Source of the DNA: Spirochaetota bacterium
GTDB lineage: Bacteria; Spirochaetota; UBA4802; JAFGDQ01
Direction of reading: 5' to 3'
DNA length: 64,000 bases
Assembly: GCA_043803405.1 (NCBI GenBank)
Contig: JAZDKB010000019.1
Location: 192,001 to 256,000, forward strand
Shown: piece by piece, positions 1-10,090 of the stretch
Layout: every line of letters begins with the position of its first letter
Numbering within the stretch: position 1 is the first letter of the stretch
The notes under the pieces: model-generated
The model's input: the letters and a program-made list of their open reading frames with translations, nothing else
The model's database searches: none
Told to the model about the DNA's origin: nothing
Made by a program: the position numbers and the translations under genes

Positions 1-1
1 T

Positions 2-937
2 ATGAATATATCCTACCATGCTTTAATACAGCAGAACACGCAGGAAGACTGGAACGATGTAGACTTAAAGCTTTCTACGGCGCGGCCGAACATAAGCGGC
101 AATCAGCCGGAGCTTACTCCATGGCATATAAGCGTTTACCAGCCGGATTTATTCAGGAACGCGCCTTCTGCTTCTTTAGCAAAGGAAAAGAAAGCTGCCG
201 CGCCTGCAAGGCAGATGTTTGATGAAGAGGCGTCCAGGATTGCGGACATGGATTCGGTAGTAGGCGGGATGCCTGCTATTGCTCCTGCAGAAGCAACAGT
301 GGAGACGGGCGCAACATCGGTGCTGTTTGCGGTCGGGGGAAAAAGCACGATCGGGAGCGGAAGCGACCAGCACAAGGTCACGATTTTAAGAAAGGATTTC
401 TCCGCATATTTCCGCTACTCAAGCGTGCCGAAGCTCGCCCAGTTCGCATATTTAAAGGCAAAAGTAAAAAACGAGACCGAGTATCCGCTGCTCCCGGGCG
501 AGAGCAACATCTTCCTTGATAATAATTTTGTCGCGAATTCGTATATGAAGCTGGCTGCTCCGGGTGAGGAGTTCTGGACTTTTCTGGGCGTTGATGAAGG
601 GATGAAGATTGAGTACAAGTTTATCAATAAGTACGAAGCTACAGAAGGCGTGTTCAGCAAAACAAGCAAACTGATGTACGAATACCAGATCATCATTAAG
701 AACAATAAAAAATCCGAGGCAGATGTTGTTGTCTGGGATCAGATACCGATTTCCGGCAATGAAGAGATAAAGGTCACGCTTATCGAACCAGAATACAAAA
801 AGGATTCGGACTCGCTCAAGATAAACGAGAACAAATATCTGGAATGGCTCTTTAAACCAAAGCCGGCGCAGGAGATCAAAGTGCAGTTTAAGTTCTCGGT
901 CGAGTATCCGAAGAACATAGTCGTTTCGGGGCTGTAA
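2..937 (+). CDS. DUF4139-domain protein (mucoidy inhibitor MuiA-like), 5' end outside the window
   Basis: QNTQEDWNDVDLKLSTARP, YSSVPKL..AYLKA, LLPGESNIFLD and C-terminal F-x-F-x-VEYPK match DUF4139 family features; the ORF is open at the window edge. Confidence 0.8.
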   Translation: MNISYHALIQQNTQEDWNDVDLKLSTARPNISGNQPELTPWHISVYQPDLFRNAPSASLAKEKKAAAPARQMFDEEASRIADMDSVVGGMPAIAPAEATVETGATSVLFAVGGKSTIGSGSDQHKVTILRKDFSAYFRYSSVPKLAQFAYLKAKVKNETEYPLLPGESNIFLDNNFVANSYMKLAAPGEEFWTFLGVDEGMKIEYKFINKYEATEGVFSKTSKLMYEYQIIIKNNKKSEADVVVWDQIPISGNEEIKVTLIEPEYKKDSDSLKINENKYLEWLFKPKPAQEIKVQFKFSVEYPKNIVVSGL

Positions 938-1006
938 AAAATACGGATGTTTCATATACATAGCAAGGAATACAGAGAATATTTAATACCATCATCGCCC
1001 TGTCCC

Positions 1007-1327
1007 CAGGGCTGCCTCACGCTAAATTTTTTAGTTGTAAATTGGATATGCTCCCGGCCCCCTAACCCCCTGAAGGGGGCATAATTGGAAAGGTGTTGAA
1101 TTGACAATATTTATTTTTAGTGGTTAAAAGGTTTAAAGCAACTAATAAAGAGTAAAATATCAGATAATAAAATACATCTGATTAAAGATATGAGATATAA
1201 TATAAATATTTTCCCGAATATGCCCCCTTCAGAGGGTTAGGGGGCTGAAAGGGCAATGGCTATGGAATGCAAGCATGGTTGTCGAAAGCAGATAATAATA
1301 GCAGATATTTAGCATAAGGCAGCCCTG
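1007..1327. mobile_element. MITE-like non-coding element, copy 1 (nested inverted repeats)
   Basis: Outer IR 1007-1027/1307-1327 (19/21 match); inner IR 1057-1083/1219-1245 (26/27 match); near-identical copy from 28787. Confidence 0.7.
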
Positions 1328-1437
1328 CCTAACCCTGCCTTCTCTCCTCGAGAGAAGGGGGAACTCTACCTCTACTTTTGGAAGTCCCAAAGGGATGCTT
1401 TGCACGGGGTTAGGAGGTTGAGGTTTTACATTATATT

Positions 1438-2097
1438 ATGAAAGAACTGGAAAAAATATTGCAGAGATCGTTGCCAGGCGCCAAGATAGCAGAGTCGTCT
1501 TTTCCGCTTTGCAGGGAATTAAAGCTTTATCTGCTCGATCCGTCCGGCATGGAGAGAGGTTTTTCTTCCGGAGAAGCACAGAATATTTTTGCAGATACTC
1601 CGTTCTGGGCGTTCTGCTGGGCAAGCGGTTACGCTCTGGCTTCGTATATTTTACAGAATCCTGGGATGGTACGGGGACGACGCGTTGTCGACTTCGGTGC
1701 AGGGTCAGGTGTTGTTGCCGTCGCAGCAGCAATGGCCGGGGCGGACGAAGCAGTTGCATGCGATCTTGATTCCAATGCTCTTAAGGCTGCAATACTTAAC
1801 GCGGAACTGAACAACGTAAGCATTACTGTGAGCGAATCTATTGGCAAAAAAGCAAAGAGATACGACCTGCTTACTGCTGCGGATGTTTTATATAATACAA
1901 ACAATTTATTTCTGCTCGATATGTTCCTTGAGCATGCTCAGGAAGTTTTACTTGCAGATTCCCGCGTTAAAGACATTGAACATCCTTTCTATAATAAGAT
2001 TTACGAATGCAGGACATCTACTCTGCCAAGGCTGGGTAATTCCGATGATGAGATCGTAGGGATATATGGAACACGTCCTATTTTTGTAAATAGTTAG
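1438..2097 (+). CDS. SAM-dependent protein methyltransferase (PrmA-like / predicted nicotinamide N-methylase family)
   Basis: PFWAFCWASGYALA, VVDFGAGSG SAM motif, AADVLY. Confidence 0.85.
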   Translation: MKELEKILQRSLPGAKIAESSFPLCRELKLYLLDPSGMERGFSSGEAQNIFADTPFWAFCWASGYALASYILQNPGMVRGRRVVDFGAGSGVVAVAAAMAGADEAVACDLDSNALKAAILNAELNNVSITVSESIGKKAKRYDLLTAADVLYNTNNLFLLDMFLEHAQEVLLADSRVKDIEHPFYNKIYECRTSTLPRLGNSDDEIVGIYGTRPIFVNS

Positions 2098-2150
2098 AAC
2101 TTTGATTTTTTAATTTCAGTAGTATTGAAAAAAAATACAGCAGAAGAATA

Positions 2151-2651
2151 ATGAAAGACGAAAATTACTGGATAGATAAATTAAAACTGGAGCCGCATCC
2201 TGAAGGCGGCTATTTCAAAGAAATTTACAGATCGCAGGAAATTATTCCAAAGAGTGCTTTACCGGAACGCTTTTCCGGCGACAGGGTGTTTTCTACAAGT
2301 ATATATTTTTTATTAAATAAAAGTAATTTTTCAGCATTTCATCACATTAAGCAGGATGAGCTGTGGCATTTTTACGACGGTTCAGCACTTACGATTCATG
2401 TGATAGATTTGAATTCGGCATATTATGCGGCAAAACTCGGAAGAAATGCTGATGAAGGCGAGTTTCCCCAGGTAATTGTAAATGCCGGGTGCTATTTCGC
2501 AGCAGAAATAAACGACAAAAGCTCGTACACGCTTGCGGGATGCACTGTGGCGCCGGGTTTCGATTTTGCAGATTTTGAAATGCCAGGCAAAAGCAGGCTT
2601 ATTGAGCTATTCCCTCAATACGAGGAAATCATCAGAAAATTTACGAGATAA
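2151..2651 (+). CDS. Cupin_5 (DUF985) family protein
   Basis: LEPHPEGGYFKE, TSIYFLL, DELWHFYDG, GCTVAPGFDFADF. Confidence 0.9.
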   Translation: MKDENYWIDKLKLEPHPEGGYFKEIYRSQEIIPKSALPERFSGDRVFSTSIYFLLNKSNFSAFHHIKQDELWHFYDGSALTIHVIDLNSAYYAAKLGRNADEGEFPQVIVNAGCYFAAEINDKSSYTLAGCTVAPGFDFADFEMPGKSRLIELFPQYEEIIRKFTR

Positions 2652-2787
2652 TCCTACGATATTAATATTCAATATAGTTGTTGCGAAATGACATTTGAAA
2701 TATGTAACAACTCTAATAACTTAATTTTAAAAAAAATTGTTGCAACTATGTGCATTAAGCAAGTATAGATCGATATAAAAAATACTT

Positions 2788-3018
2788 ATGCGTACAAAAA
2801 ATAATATTTTTTTAATTTTAATAATAACCTTGTCTGTTCTTTGTTGTGAAAAAGACGAAGAAGCCTATAACCAATGCAGAGAAGATTGTGAAAGACACAG
2901 AACAACCTGCAGAAGTTCATGTGCGCAGACATATATCGAGGGATCTGCGTTATATATAAATTGCATGAATAATTGCCAGAATGATTACTCGGATTGCATG
3001 GACGATTGCAATTACTAA
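2788..3018 (+). CDS. Small Cys-rich putative lipoprotein
   Basis: Signal-like N-terminus ending LSVLCC; two C-x3-C-x6-C-x3-C units. Confidence 0.65.
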   Translation: MRTKNNIFLILIITLSVLCCEKDEEAYNQCREDCERHRTTCRSSCAQTYIEGSALYINCMNNCQNDYSDCMDDCNY

Positions 3019-3072
3019 TATTTAAAGCATAAATATAATTTAAATATCCATAGAAAAACTATACTGGCGTTT

Positions 3073-3100
3073 TTTTATTTCAAGGTGCCTTGAAATAAAA
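3073..3100. terminator. Inverted repeat between convergent genes, possible terminator
   Basis: TTTTATTTCAAGG-tg-CCTTGAAATAAAA perfect 13-bp IR, followed by a GC hairpin at about 3107-3127. Confidence 0.35.
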
Positions 3101-3162
3101 TATCCCGTCTGCGCCGAAGGCGGAGACCGATGCGATAGTATTGGCAGTTTATTCTTTAAAAG

Positions 3163-3738
3163 CTATGATATAAACCTGGTTTTTTCTTTGACAGGCTTTC
3201 TCGGCATTGGCGCAGGCACAGAGGAGCATTTGCCCAGGCATACAATGGAGATAAGGGCTTTGCCTTCTTCAACGCCTATTATTTTTGCAACATTCTTTTT
3301 TTCAAAAAAAGTAAACCACAGGCTTCCAATTCCCAGCGCATGGGCTGCAAGCATCATATTCTGAATTGCTGCTGCGCACGCGTACTGATAACCGACGCTG
3401 CCGTCATCTTTCATAAAGGCATCTATGCCAGTTTTTTTCGGATCGCCAGTGACAGCGATTAAAACAGGCGCGGATTTTACAAAATCCATTTTGTAACTGC
3501 CTGCCCATTTTTGGCCGCAATCTTTGGCAGCCCAGTCCCGGCACCGTTCGGCCTCTTTGGCAATTTCGTTTTTCATTTCCTGATTTGTTATGACTATGAA
3601 CTGCCACGGCTGCATGTTCATCGGGGATGGGGCAAAAGTACCTGCTTCAAGTATTTTTTCAATCGTCTCGGAGCTGATTGATTCAGATGAATAATCCCTG
3701 CAGCTCCTGCGCTCTTTCATTGCTGTAAATATATCCAT
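3163..3738 (-). CDS. Nitroreductase family protein
   Basis: RRSCRDY, APSPMNMQPWQF, IQNMMLAAHALGIGSLW; ATG at 3738 has an AAGGA RBS. Confidence 0.9.
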   Translation of the reverse strand: MDIFTAMKERRSCRDYSSESISSETIEKILEAGTFAPSPMNMQPWQFIVITNQEMKNEIAKEAERCRDWAAKDCGQKWAGSYKMDFVKSAPVLIAVTGDPKKTGIDAFMKDDGSVGYQYACAAAIQNMMLAAHALGIGSLWFTFFEKKNVAKIIGVEEGKALISIVCLGKCSSVPAPMPRKPVKEKTRFIS

Positions 3739-3885
3739 ATTACACCGTCCTTTTATGTTATTTTGAAAATTACATGCATCATAATGATCAGTCAAATTTC
3801 AAATAAGGAAATACACGATATTTTTTAAAACATGCAGGAAACAAAATAGTAATATTAATATTTGTATAAATAGACCGGAAATTTT

Positions 3886-3915
3886 TTATGAACGCTTAGT
3901 AGTAAGCGTTCATAA
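3886..3915. promoter_or_regulatory. Palindromic putative operator in the divergent nitroreductase/ABC intergenic region
   Basis: TTATGAACGCTTA-gtag-TAAGCGTTCATAA perfect 13-bp IR. Confidence 0.4.
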
Positions 3916-4279
3916 TCTCCCGAAGTCAATTTAATTTTCATGAGTTTAAAAATATTTTGAAAAATTATGCTCGTGTATCTATTAAATTACGCGGTTTAAA
4001 TGCTATATTGAGTTTCGTTGATAGCAGAGACAACCTTAATTAACAATTAACTATTTTTTTTAATACACGAACCGATCGATTGGTCGCATAATGCATATAG
4101 ATTTATTTTTAATGCGAAACATCTTAATTTTCATTGGCAATAAGGTTCTTTTTTTATTAATTAAATAATTTTTAATATATTTATTGTACATATCTAATTG
4201 ACAAAAATTTTACTTATGTTTTACATTGAGACTCTTTAATATAGACTGGCTTTAAAATTTATCAATAGGAGCGTTCGTT

Positions 4280-5488
4280 ATGAAGAAGGTTTTGTTATTC
4301 TCAATGTTTCTTATTACTTTTTTTGCCTTTACTATTATCGCATTTGCAGCAGACACAATTAAAATAGGTATTGTGGATACTTACTCGGGTCCGGCTACAA
4401 CGTACACGCAGGATGTACTGGACGGATTTAAGTTAGCTGTAGAAAAAATAAATGCAAAGGGCGGAGTACTTGGGAAGAAAATCGAATATGTCACAAGAGA
4501 TGATAAATTTAAACCGGATATCGGTCTTGCAATGGCAAAAGAGCTTGTGCTTAAAGAAAAAGTTGATATTCTTATGGGCACCATAAATAGTGCGTCAACC
4601 CTTGCTGTTTCTGACTTTGCTGAAAAAGAGAAAATTCCTTTTTTCGTAACTTATGCCAAGAGCGATAAGATCACCGGTGAAAAAGGGCATAGATATATAT
4701 TCAATATGAATGAAAATACAGCGATGGCCGGCAGGGCAGCTGCGGTTGCGCTTGCAAAAAAGCCATATATAAAATACTGGATCGCAGGCGATGATTACGA
4801 ATATGGTCATGCAATTGCCAATGCTGCATGGGATAACATTAAGAGACTCAATCCCAGGGTACAAAAGGTCGGGGAATCATGGTGGAAAGTCGGGGAAGCT
4901 GACTTTACTCCGTACATTACGCAAATTATCGCGGCAAAACCGGATTTTATTATAGTTGCTACAGGCGGTTCAGGAATGGTAAACTTCCAGAAGGCTGCTA
5001 AGGCAACAGGGCTGAGCGAGAAAATTCCATTTTATCAGCATACTGCAACAGAACTGGGCACATTATTACCGCAGGGTTTGAATGCGCCTGAAGGCGTTTA
5101 CGGTACAGCTGCATATTTTTTTTACAGCCCGAAAACTCCGGCTAACATGACTTTCGGCGCTGATTTTATGAAAGCATATAAAAGAAATCCGAAAGGCAGC
5201 GCATATTCCGGATATATGACCGCTATGTTCATTGGCGAAGGATTCAAAAAAGCAAAGAAAATCGATAAAGAAGCTCTGATAAATTCTCTTGAAGACATGG
5301 TGCTTGACAGCCCTGTCGGCCAAGTTCAAATAAGAAAATGCGACCATCAGCTGCTGCTTCCTATTTATTTTGGTAAAACTAAAAAAGATCCGAAATATAA
5401 TTTCCTTATATCGGTTGACAATCAGGTAATTTCAAGCAAGGACTATGTATCTCCCTGTGAACAGGTGTTAAAAGCAAGAAAAAAATAA
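4280..5488 (+). CDS. Branched-chain amino acid-type ABC transporter substrate-binding protein (LivK-like)
   Basis: Signal peptide; IKIGIV..SGP, INAKGGVLGKKIE..RDD, DDYEYG; heads a livHMGF-like operon. Confidence 0.9.
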   Translation: MKKVLLFSMFLITFFAFTIIAFAADTIKIGIVDTYSGPATTYTQDVLDGFKLAVEKINAKGGVLGKKIEYVTRDDKFKPDIGLAMAKELVLKEKVDILMGTINSASTLAVSDFAEKEKIPFFVTYAKSDKITGEKGHRYIFNMNENTAMAGRAAAVALAKKPYIKYWIAGDDYEYGHAIANAAWDNIKRLNPRVQKVGESWWKVGEADFTPYITQIIAAKPDFIIVATGGSGMVNFQKAAKATGLSEKIPFYQHTATELGTLLPQGLNAPEGVYGTAAYFFYSPKTPANMTFGADFMKAYKRNPKGSAYSGYMTAMFIGEGFKKAKKIDKEALINSLEDMVLDSPVGQVQIRKCDHQLLLPIYFGKTKKDPKYNFLISVDNQVISSKDYVSPCEQVLKARKK

Positions 5489-5521
5489 ATAAAACCAAGT
5501 GTGGTTAAAGAGTTTGTTTAA

Positions 5522-6421
5522 GTGGATTTAATATATTCTGTTATACCGCCGGCAATATTCAGCCAGCTTTTCGTTGGCCTAAGCCGGGCGGTAATACTTT
5601 TTATTGTCTCGTCAGGCCTGAGCCTTATTCTGGGGACGCTCCGCATTCCCAATGTCGCGCATGGCTCTCTGTATATGATAGGAGCATTTGCGGCATATAC
5701 GGTCTCAGGCATCTTCTCTGACAGTCCGGCCTCTTTCTGGATTGCGCTTATACTTGCGCCTCTTTTTGTAGCATTAGTAAGTTTTATTTCTGAACGGGCT
5801 CTCTTCCGTCATTTGTATGAAAGAGAGCATCTGATGCTGATGCTGCTCACATTTGCACTCTCTCTTATATTCAGCGACCTCGTGAAACTTACATGGGGTG
5901 CCGAATATAAATCCGTGCCGGTGCCGGAGATCTTTCAGGGATTTGTACCTCTTTTCGGAGGCTTGCCTTTCCCGGTCTACAATTTATTTCTGCTGTGTGT
6001 GGGCCCGGTAGTCGCCTTACTCATGTGGCTTCTTATTAATAAAACGAAAATCGGAAAGATAGCCCGCGCCGCTGCTGTAGACAGGGAAATGGTAGGAGCT
6101 GTCGGAATTAATGTGAGCTGGGTTTTTGCAGGCGTATTTGTTATTGGCTGTTTTCTTGCCGGCCTTGGCGGGGTGCTTGTTGCGCCTACCATTAGCGTGA
6201 CACTCGGGATGGATCATTCACTTATTATAGAAGCATTCCTGATAGTAATAATAGGCGGGCTCGGCAATATATGGGGAGCTCTGCTCGGCGCCCTGATATT
6301 CGGCCTGACGCAGTCAATGGGGATACTCATCTGGCCGAAATTCGGCATTATATTCCCATATCTTGCAGTTGTAATAGTTTTAATATTCAGGCCAAGGGGG
6401 CTTCTCAAATCCGCATGGTAG
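5522..6421 (+). CDS. livH: Branched-chain amino acid ABC transporter permease (LivH-like)
   Basis: GLSLILG..NVAHGSLYMIGA, IIGGLGN..GA, RPRGL. Confidence 0.85.
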   Translation: MDLIYSVIPPAIFSQLFVGLSRAVILFIVSSGLSLILGTLRIPNVAHGSLYMIGAFAAYTVSGIFSDSPASFWIALILAPLFVALVSFISERALFRHLYEREHLMLMLLTFALSLIFSDLVKLTWGAEYKSVPVPEIFQGFVPLFGGLPFPVYNLFLLCVGPVVALLMWLLINKTKIGKIARAAAVDREMVGAVGINVSWVFAGVFVIGCFLAGLGGVLVAPTISVTLGMDHSLIIEAFLIVIIGGLGNIWGALLGALIFGLTQSMGILIWPKFGIIFPYLAVVIVLIFRPRGLLKSAW

Positions 6422-7494
6422 CAGGCAACGTTGTGTTAAAAAATATTTTATCCCCAGGTTATAAAATATGGGCATACGCAGGAATAATGCTGCTTGTATT
6501 TTTACCGGCTGTTTTACCCTTGTCAACTTTCAGATTTTACATATACCTTGCTTCAATAATACTTCTCTATGGTGTAGCAGCTACAAGCTGTAACCTGGCA
6601 CTGGGTTACGGCGGAATATATCAGTTCCATCATACTGTATTTTACGGTATGGGAGCGTACGGAGCAGCTCTTGCTATAACAAGGTTGGATGTTTCGCCGT
6701 GGATTGCTTTTCTATGCGGGCCATTAATATCAGCTTTGCTGGCGCTTGTCATGGGATTAATATGCATGCGGCTTTCGAAGCTGTATTTCGGAATGCTGCA
6801 GATATCTCTCGGATCGCTTGTCTGGGTTGTTGTGTACAGATGGTATTCTTTCACCGGAGGAGATGACGGAATTCACGGCATCCCTATGCCGGATTTGCTC
6901 GCTTCGCCTAAAGGTGCATACTATTTCGTTTTGATTATTTCAGGTCTCAGCCTGTTCCTGATGTATAGAATTATCAAATCTCCTTTCGGGATCACGCTTC
7001 AGGGAATACGCGACAATCCTGTGCGCAGCGAGATGATCGGGATAAACGTCCGGATACATCAGCTTGTTACACTTATTATTGCCGGATTTTTTGCCGGCAT
7101 AGCAGGAGTGCTGTTTATCGTAGTAGACAACACGGTGTTCCCGGATATGATGTTCTGGACGGCATCATTGGAAATGATAATTATGTGTCTGCTTGGCGGG
7201 ATGTATAATTTTTTCGGACCCATAACTGGAGCGGCTATCGTGATTTTCATCAGGACATTTGCAGGCTCGTTCGTGGAATCATTTACTTCATTGTTTATCA
7301 GGATATTCGGGGGCGCATTAAGTGAAACTTCGGTCAGCTCGTTAAAAAGAGTATCGGCCGATTTTTCTTCGTACTGGACTCTGGTGCTCGGAATAATCTG
7401 CATCCTGGTAATATTTTTTGTGCCGAATGGAGTGCTTGGATTTTTTGACAATCTGAAAAACGGGAAGAAAGAGGCATCATCTGCCGGGGAGTAA
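6415..7494 (+). CDS. livM: Branched-chain amino acid ABC transporter permease (LivM-like)
   Basis: NLALGYGG, TGGDDGI, SPFG..LQGIRDN, LLGG..FFGP; ATG at 6415 overlaps the livH stop. Confidence 0.85.
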   Translation: MVAGNVVLKNILSPGYKIWAYAGIMLLVFLPAVLPLSTFRFYIYLASIILLYGVAATSCNLALGYGGIYQFHHTVFYGMGAYGAALAITRLDVSPWIAFLCGPLISALLALVMGLICMRLSKLYFGMLQISLGSLVWVVVYRWYSFTGGDDGIHGIPMPDLLASPKGAYYFVLIISGLSLFLMYRIIKSPFGITLQGIRDNPVRSEMIGINVRIHQLVTLIIAGFFAGIAGVLFIVVDNTVFPDMMFWTASLEMIIMCLLGGMYNFFGPITGAAIVIFIRTFAGSFVESFTSLFIRIFGGALSETSVSSLKRVSADFSSYWTLVLGIICILVIFFVPNGVLGFFDNLKNGKKEASSAGE

Positions 7495-7496
7495 TT

Positions 7497-8240
7497 GTGC
7501 TTATTGTTGAGTCATTATCAAAATCATTCGACGGATTCAGGGCAGTTAATAATGCAAATCTTGAAGTTAGGCCGGGAGAAATAATAGCTATAATCGGCCC
7601 TAACGGAGCAGGTAAAACAACATTATTCAACCTGATAACCGGAGTTCTTAAACCGGACAGCGGCCGGGTTATTTTTAAAGGCGAAGACATAACCGGGGTG
7701 CTGCCTCATGAAGTCTGCAGAAAAGGTATTTCCAGGTCTTTTCAGGTAGTTAATCTGTTTCAGAAGCTTACTGTTTTTGAGAATGTTCAGGTCTCCGTTC
7801 TTGCCAGAGAAAGAATGACATGGAAACTGTTTGTGCCTTCGGCAAAATTCGTAAGACAGGAAACAGAGGAAATACTCAGGAAAGTCGGGCTTGAAGACAA
7901 GAGTGACTTTATTGCAGCTCTGCTGTCTCACGGCGACCGCAAGGTGCTTGAGATTGCAATGGCGCTGGGAGGAAATCCTCATTTCCTTATTCTTGATGAG
8001 CCAACGGCAGGGATGGCACAGGATGAATGCCAGCGCAGTATTGATCTAATTAAGAAATTATCCAGAGAAATGGGTCTGACAATAGTTTTTTGTGAACATG
8101 ATATGGAAATGGTTTTCGGTATTGCTGACAGGATTATGGTCATGGTCAGAGGCGCAACGGTAATTCAGGATACGTGCGATGCGATTCGATGCAATCAGTT
8201 AGTACAGGAAGCTTATCTCGGCGGGAGCAGCCATGCTTGA
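7497..8240 (+). CDS. livG: ABC transporter ATP-binding protein (LivG-like)
   Basis: GPNGAGKTT Walker A, LSHGD, LDEPTAG, EHDM, EAYLG. Confidence 0.9.
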   Translation: MLIVESLSKSFDGFRAVNNANLEVRPGEIIAIIGPNGAGKTTLFNLITGVLKPDSGRVIFKGEDITGVLPHEVCRKGISRSFQVVNLFQKLTVFENVQVSVLARERMTWKLFVPSAKFVRQETEEILRKVGLEDKSDFIAALLSHGDRKVLEIAMALGGNPHFLILDEPTAGMAQDECQRSIDLIKKLSREMGLTIVFCEHDMEMVFGIADRIMVMVRGATVIQDTCDAIRCNQLVQEAYLGGSSHA

Positions 8241-8922
8241 AGTAAAGAATATTCATACATATTACGGATTAAGCCATATATTATTCGATGAATCGCTGTA
8301 TGTGTCCAGAGGAGAGATTGTCGGTTTGCTTGGAAGAAACGGGGCAGGCAAAAGCACAACAATGAGAAGCATTATGGGACTTACTCCTCCGGCAAAGGGC
8401 AGTATAATCTATAACGGGGAAGATATCACGGGACAGAAACCATATATGCTGTTTCGAAAAGGCATAGGCTATGTGCCGGACGACAGGCGGGTCTTTGCAG
8501 ATTTAACAGTGGATGAAAATCTTGATATAGTTTATACTAAAAGCGGCGAGTGGAATAAAAAAAGGATTTACGAAATATTCCCGGCGCTGAATGAAATTAA
8601 AGCGAGGCGTGCGGGGTTTTTAAGCGGAGGCGAACAGCAGATGCTTACTATTGCCCGCGCCCTTATGGGAAGCCCCGAACTTATTCTGCTTGATGAGCCT
8701 ATAGAAGGCCTTGCTCCGATTGTAGTCCGCAGTCTTGAAGAACAGATATTATTGCTCAGGGATGCGGGGATAAGCATTTTGCTTTCAGAGCAGAACATCA
8801 AATCCGCGGTAAAGCTGGTAAACCGGGTATATGTAATCGACAACGGGAGCATCCGGTTTGAAGGCACTGTTGCAGAATTTGAAGCGAACGATGAAGTGAA
8901 AAAAAAATACCTCATGGTATAA
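8233..8922 (+). CDS. livF: ABC transporter ATP-binding protein (LivF-like)
   Basis: GRNGAGKST, LSGGEQQML, LLDEP.EGLAP, SEQN. Confidence 0.9.
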   Translation: MLEVKNIHTYYGLSHILFDESLYVSRGEIVGLLGRNGAGKSTTMRSIMGLTPPAKGSIIYNGEDITGQKPYMLFRKGIGYVPDDRRVFADLTVDENLDIVYTKSGEWNKKRIYEIFPALNEIKARRAGFLSGGEQQMLTIARALMGSPELILLDEPIEGLAPIVVRSLEEQILLLRDAGISILLSEQNIKSAVKLVNRVYVIDNGSIRFEGTVAEFEANDEVKKKYLMV

Positions 8923-8929
8923 TATTTTT

Positions 8930-10090
8930 TTATTCCCTGTGCATACCCTGGTAAATATCGGTGCGTGTTACCTCGACCGATATTACATCTTTCCCGGAAT
9001 AAGATGTATTCAGCTTTAGCTCAAATTTAACCTTACCGATATTTTCTTTTTTAATATTTTCATCTTTTGAAACCTTAAATGAATAATCTTTTCCTTCGTA
9101 ATGAAAAATACAGGATGCTGTTGTGCCTTCAGCTTTGCGTGATCCGCTGACAGTGACTTTCATCGGTATGTTTTTGCCGTTTCTGTCCGTGAATGAAAGT
9201 GACTTGCTCTCGCTTATGTCCGGCTTTTTGTCAGTAAGATTGTATTCAGCGTCAAGAAGCCTGGACTGTTTATAAATAGTATCGTTAAAATGGCTTATCA
9301 CAGATCTGAGCGTTGTGGATCTGCCAGGTTTAACGGTGATTTTTTCTTCCCAGTCCGAGAATGAAAATTCCGGCAGTTTAACTACGCCGAAATCTTTTGT
9401 TAAATGAATTCTCATTGTATATGTGCCGGGATCAAGATCGCGTATTATTACAGCATCATATAGATTTCCTGTCGTGTAACCCGCGAACTTTCCATCAAGC
9501 TGAATTTCCGCATTGATCAGATTGCAGAATAGGGAAATTGAGCCAGGTATCATGTCTCGCAGTGTCAGCAGGCTTCTTTTCTCGGCTTCATTTACAAAAT
9601 TATAATTTTTGCCAGTAAGGGATTTTGCAATTCCTTCGGATAGTTTATGAATATCGTTTTCCGTTGTGCCGCGCGATGTAAATACGCGAACTGCTCCGGT
9701 CGTCGTATCTGCCATCCGCATGGTAAGCGCCACTTCGCCGCTTACAAGAGTATATTCGACAGAGATAAGATAATCTGCTGCAAGCAGCTTCCCAGCTTCA
9801 ATGGACTTTTTTTCCTGGCCTTCTTTTGTTAAGCCTGCTACCTGTAATTGCTGTTCGGAAATGATTTTCTCAAGCCTGTTCCTTTCAACCAGTGTGATCT
9901 CTTTCACACTAGAAAGATCAAATAAAATTACGCCTTCCGTAAAAGCTGCCAGATAATCATACTCCGGGTTTTGCGAAAGGTTCTGCACCCCGATAAAAGC
10001 CGCGGTTTTTGCAGATAAAATTCCAGGGATCATAAGAATGAAAAAAACTAAAAATCGAAATTTAATATTAACTTTATTAAAAAAAAGCAT
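8930..10090 (-). CDS. Exported protein with CsgG/TolB-N-like domain and PEGA-like domain
   Basis: Signal peptide; LVERNRLEKIISEQQLQ..G and GKLLAADY (CsgG-like); NAEIQLDGKFAG..LDPGTY (PEGA-like). Confidence 0.65.
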   Translation of the reverse strand: MLFFNKVNIKFRFLVFFILMIPGILSAKTAAFIGVQNLSQNPEYDYLAAFTEGVILFDLSSVKEITLVERNRLEKIISEQQLQVAGLTKEGQEKKSIEAGKLLAADYLISVEYTLVSGEVALTMRMADTTTGAVRVFTSRGTTENDIHKLSEGIAKSLTGKNYNFVNEAEKRSLLTLRDMIPGSISLFCNLINAEIQLDGKFAGYTTGNLYDAVIIRDLDPGTYTMRIHLTKDFGVVKLPEFSFSDWEEKITVKPGRSTTLRSVISHFNDTIYKQSRLLDAEYNLTDKKPDISESKSLSFTDRNGKNIPMKVTVSGSRKAEGTTASCIFHYEGKDYSFKVSKDENIKKENIGKVKFELKLNTSYSGKDVISVEVTRTDIYQGMHRE

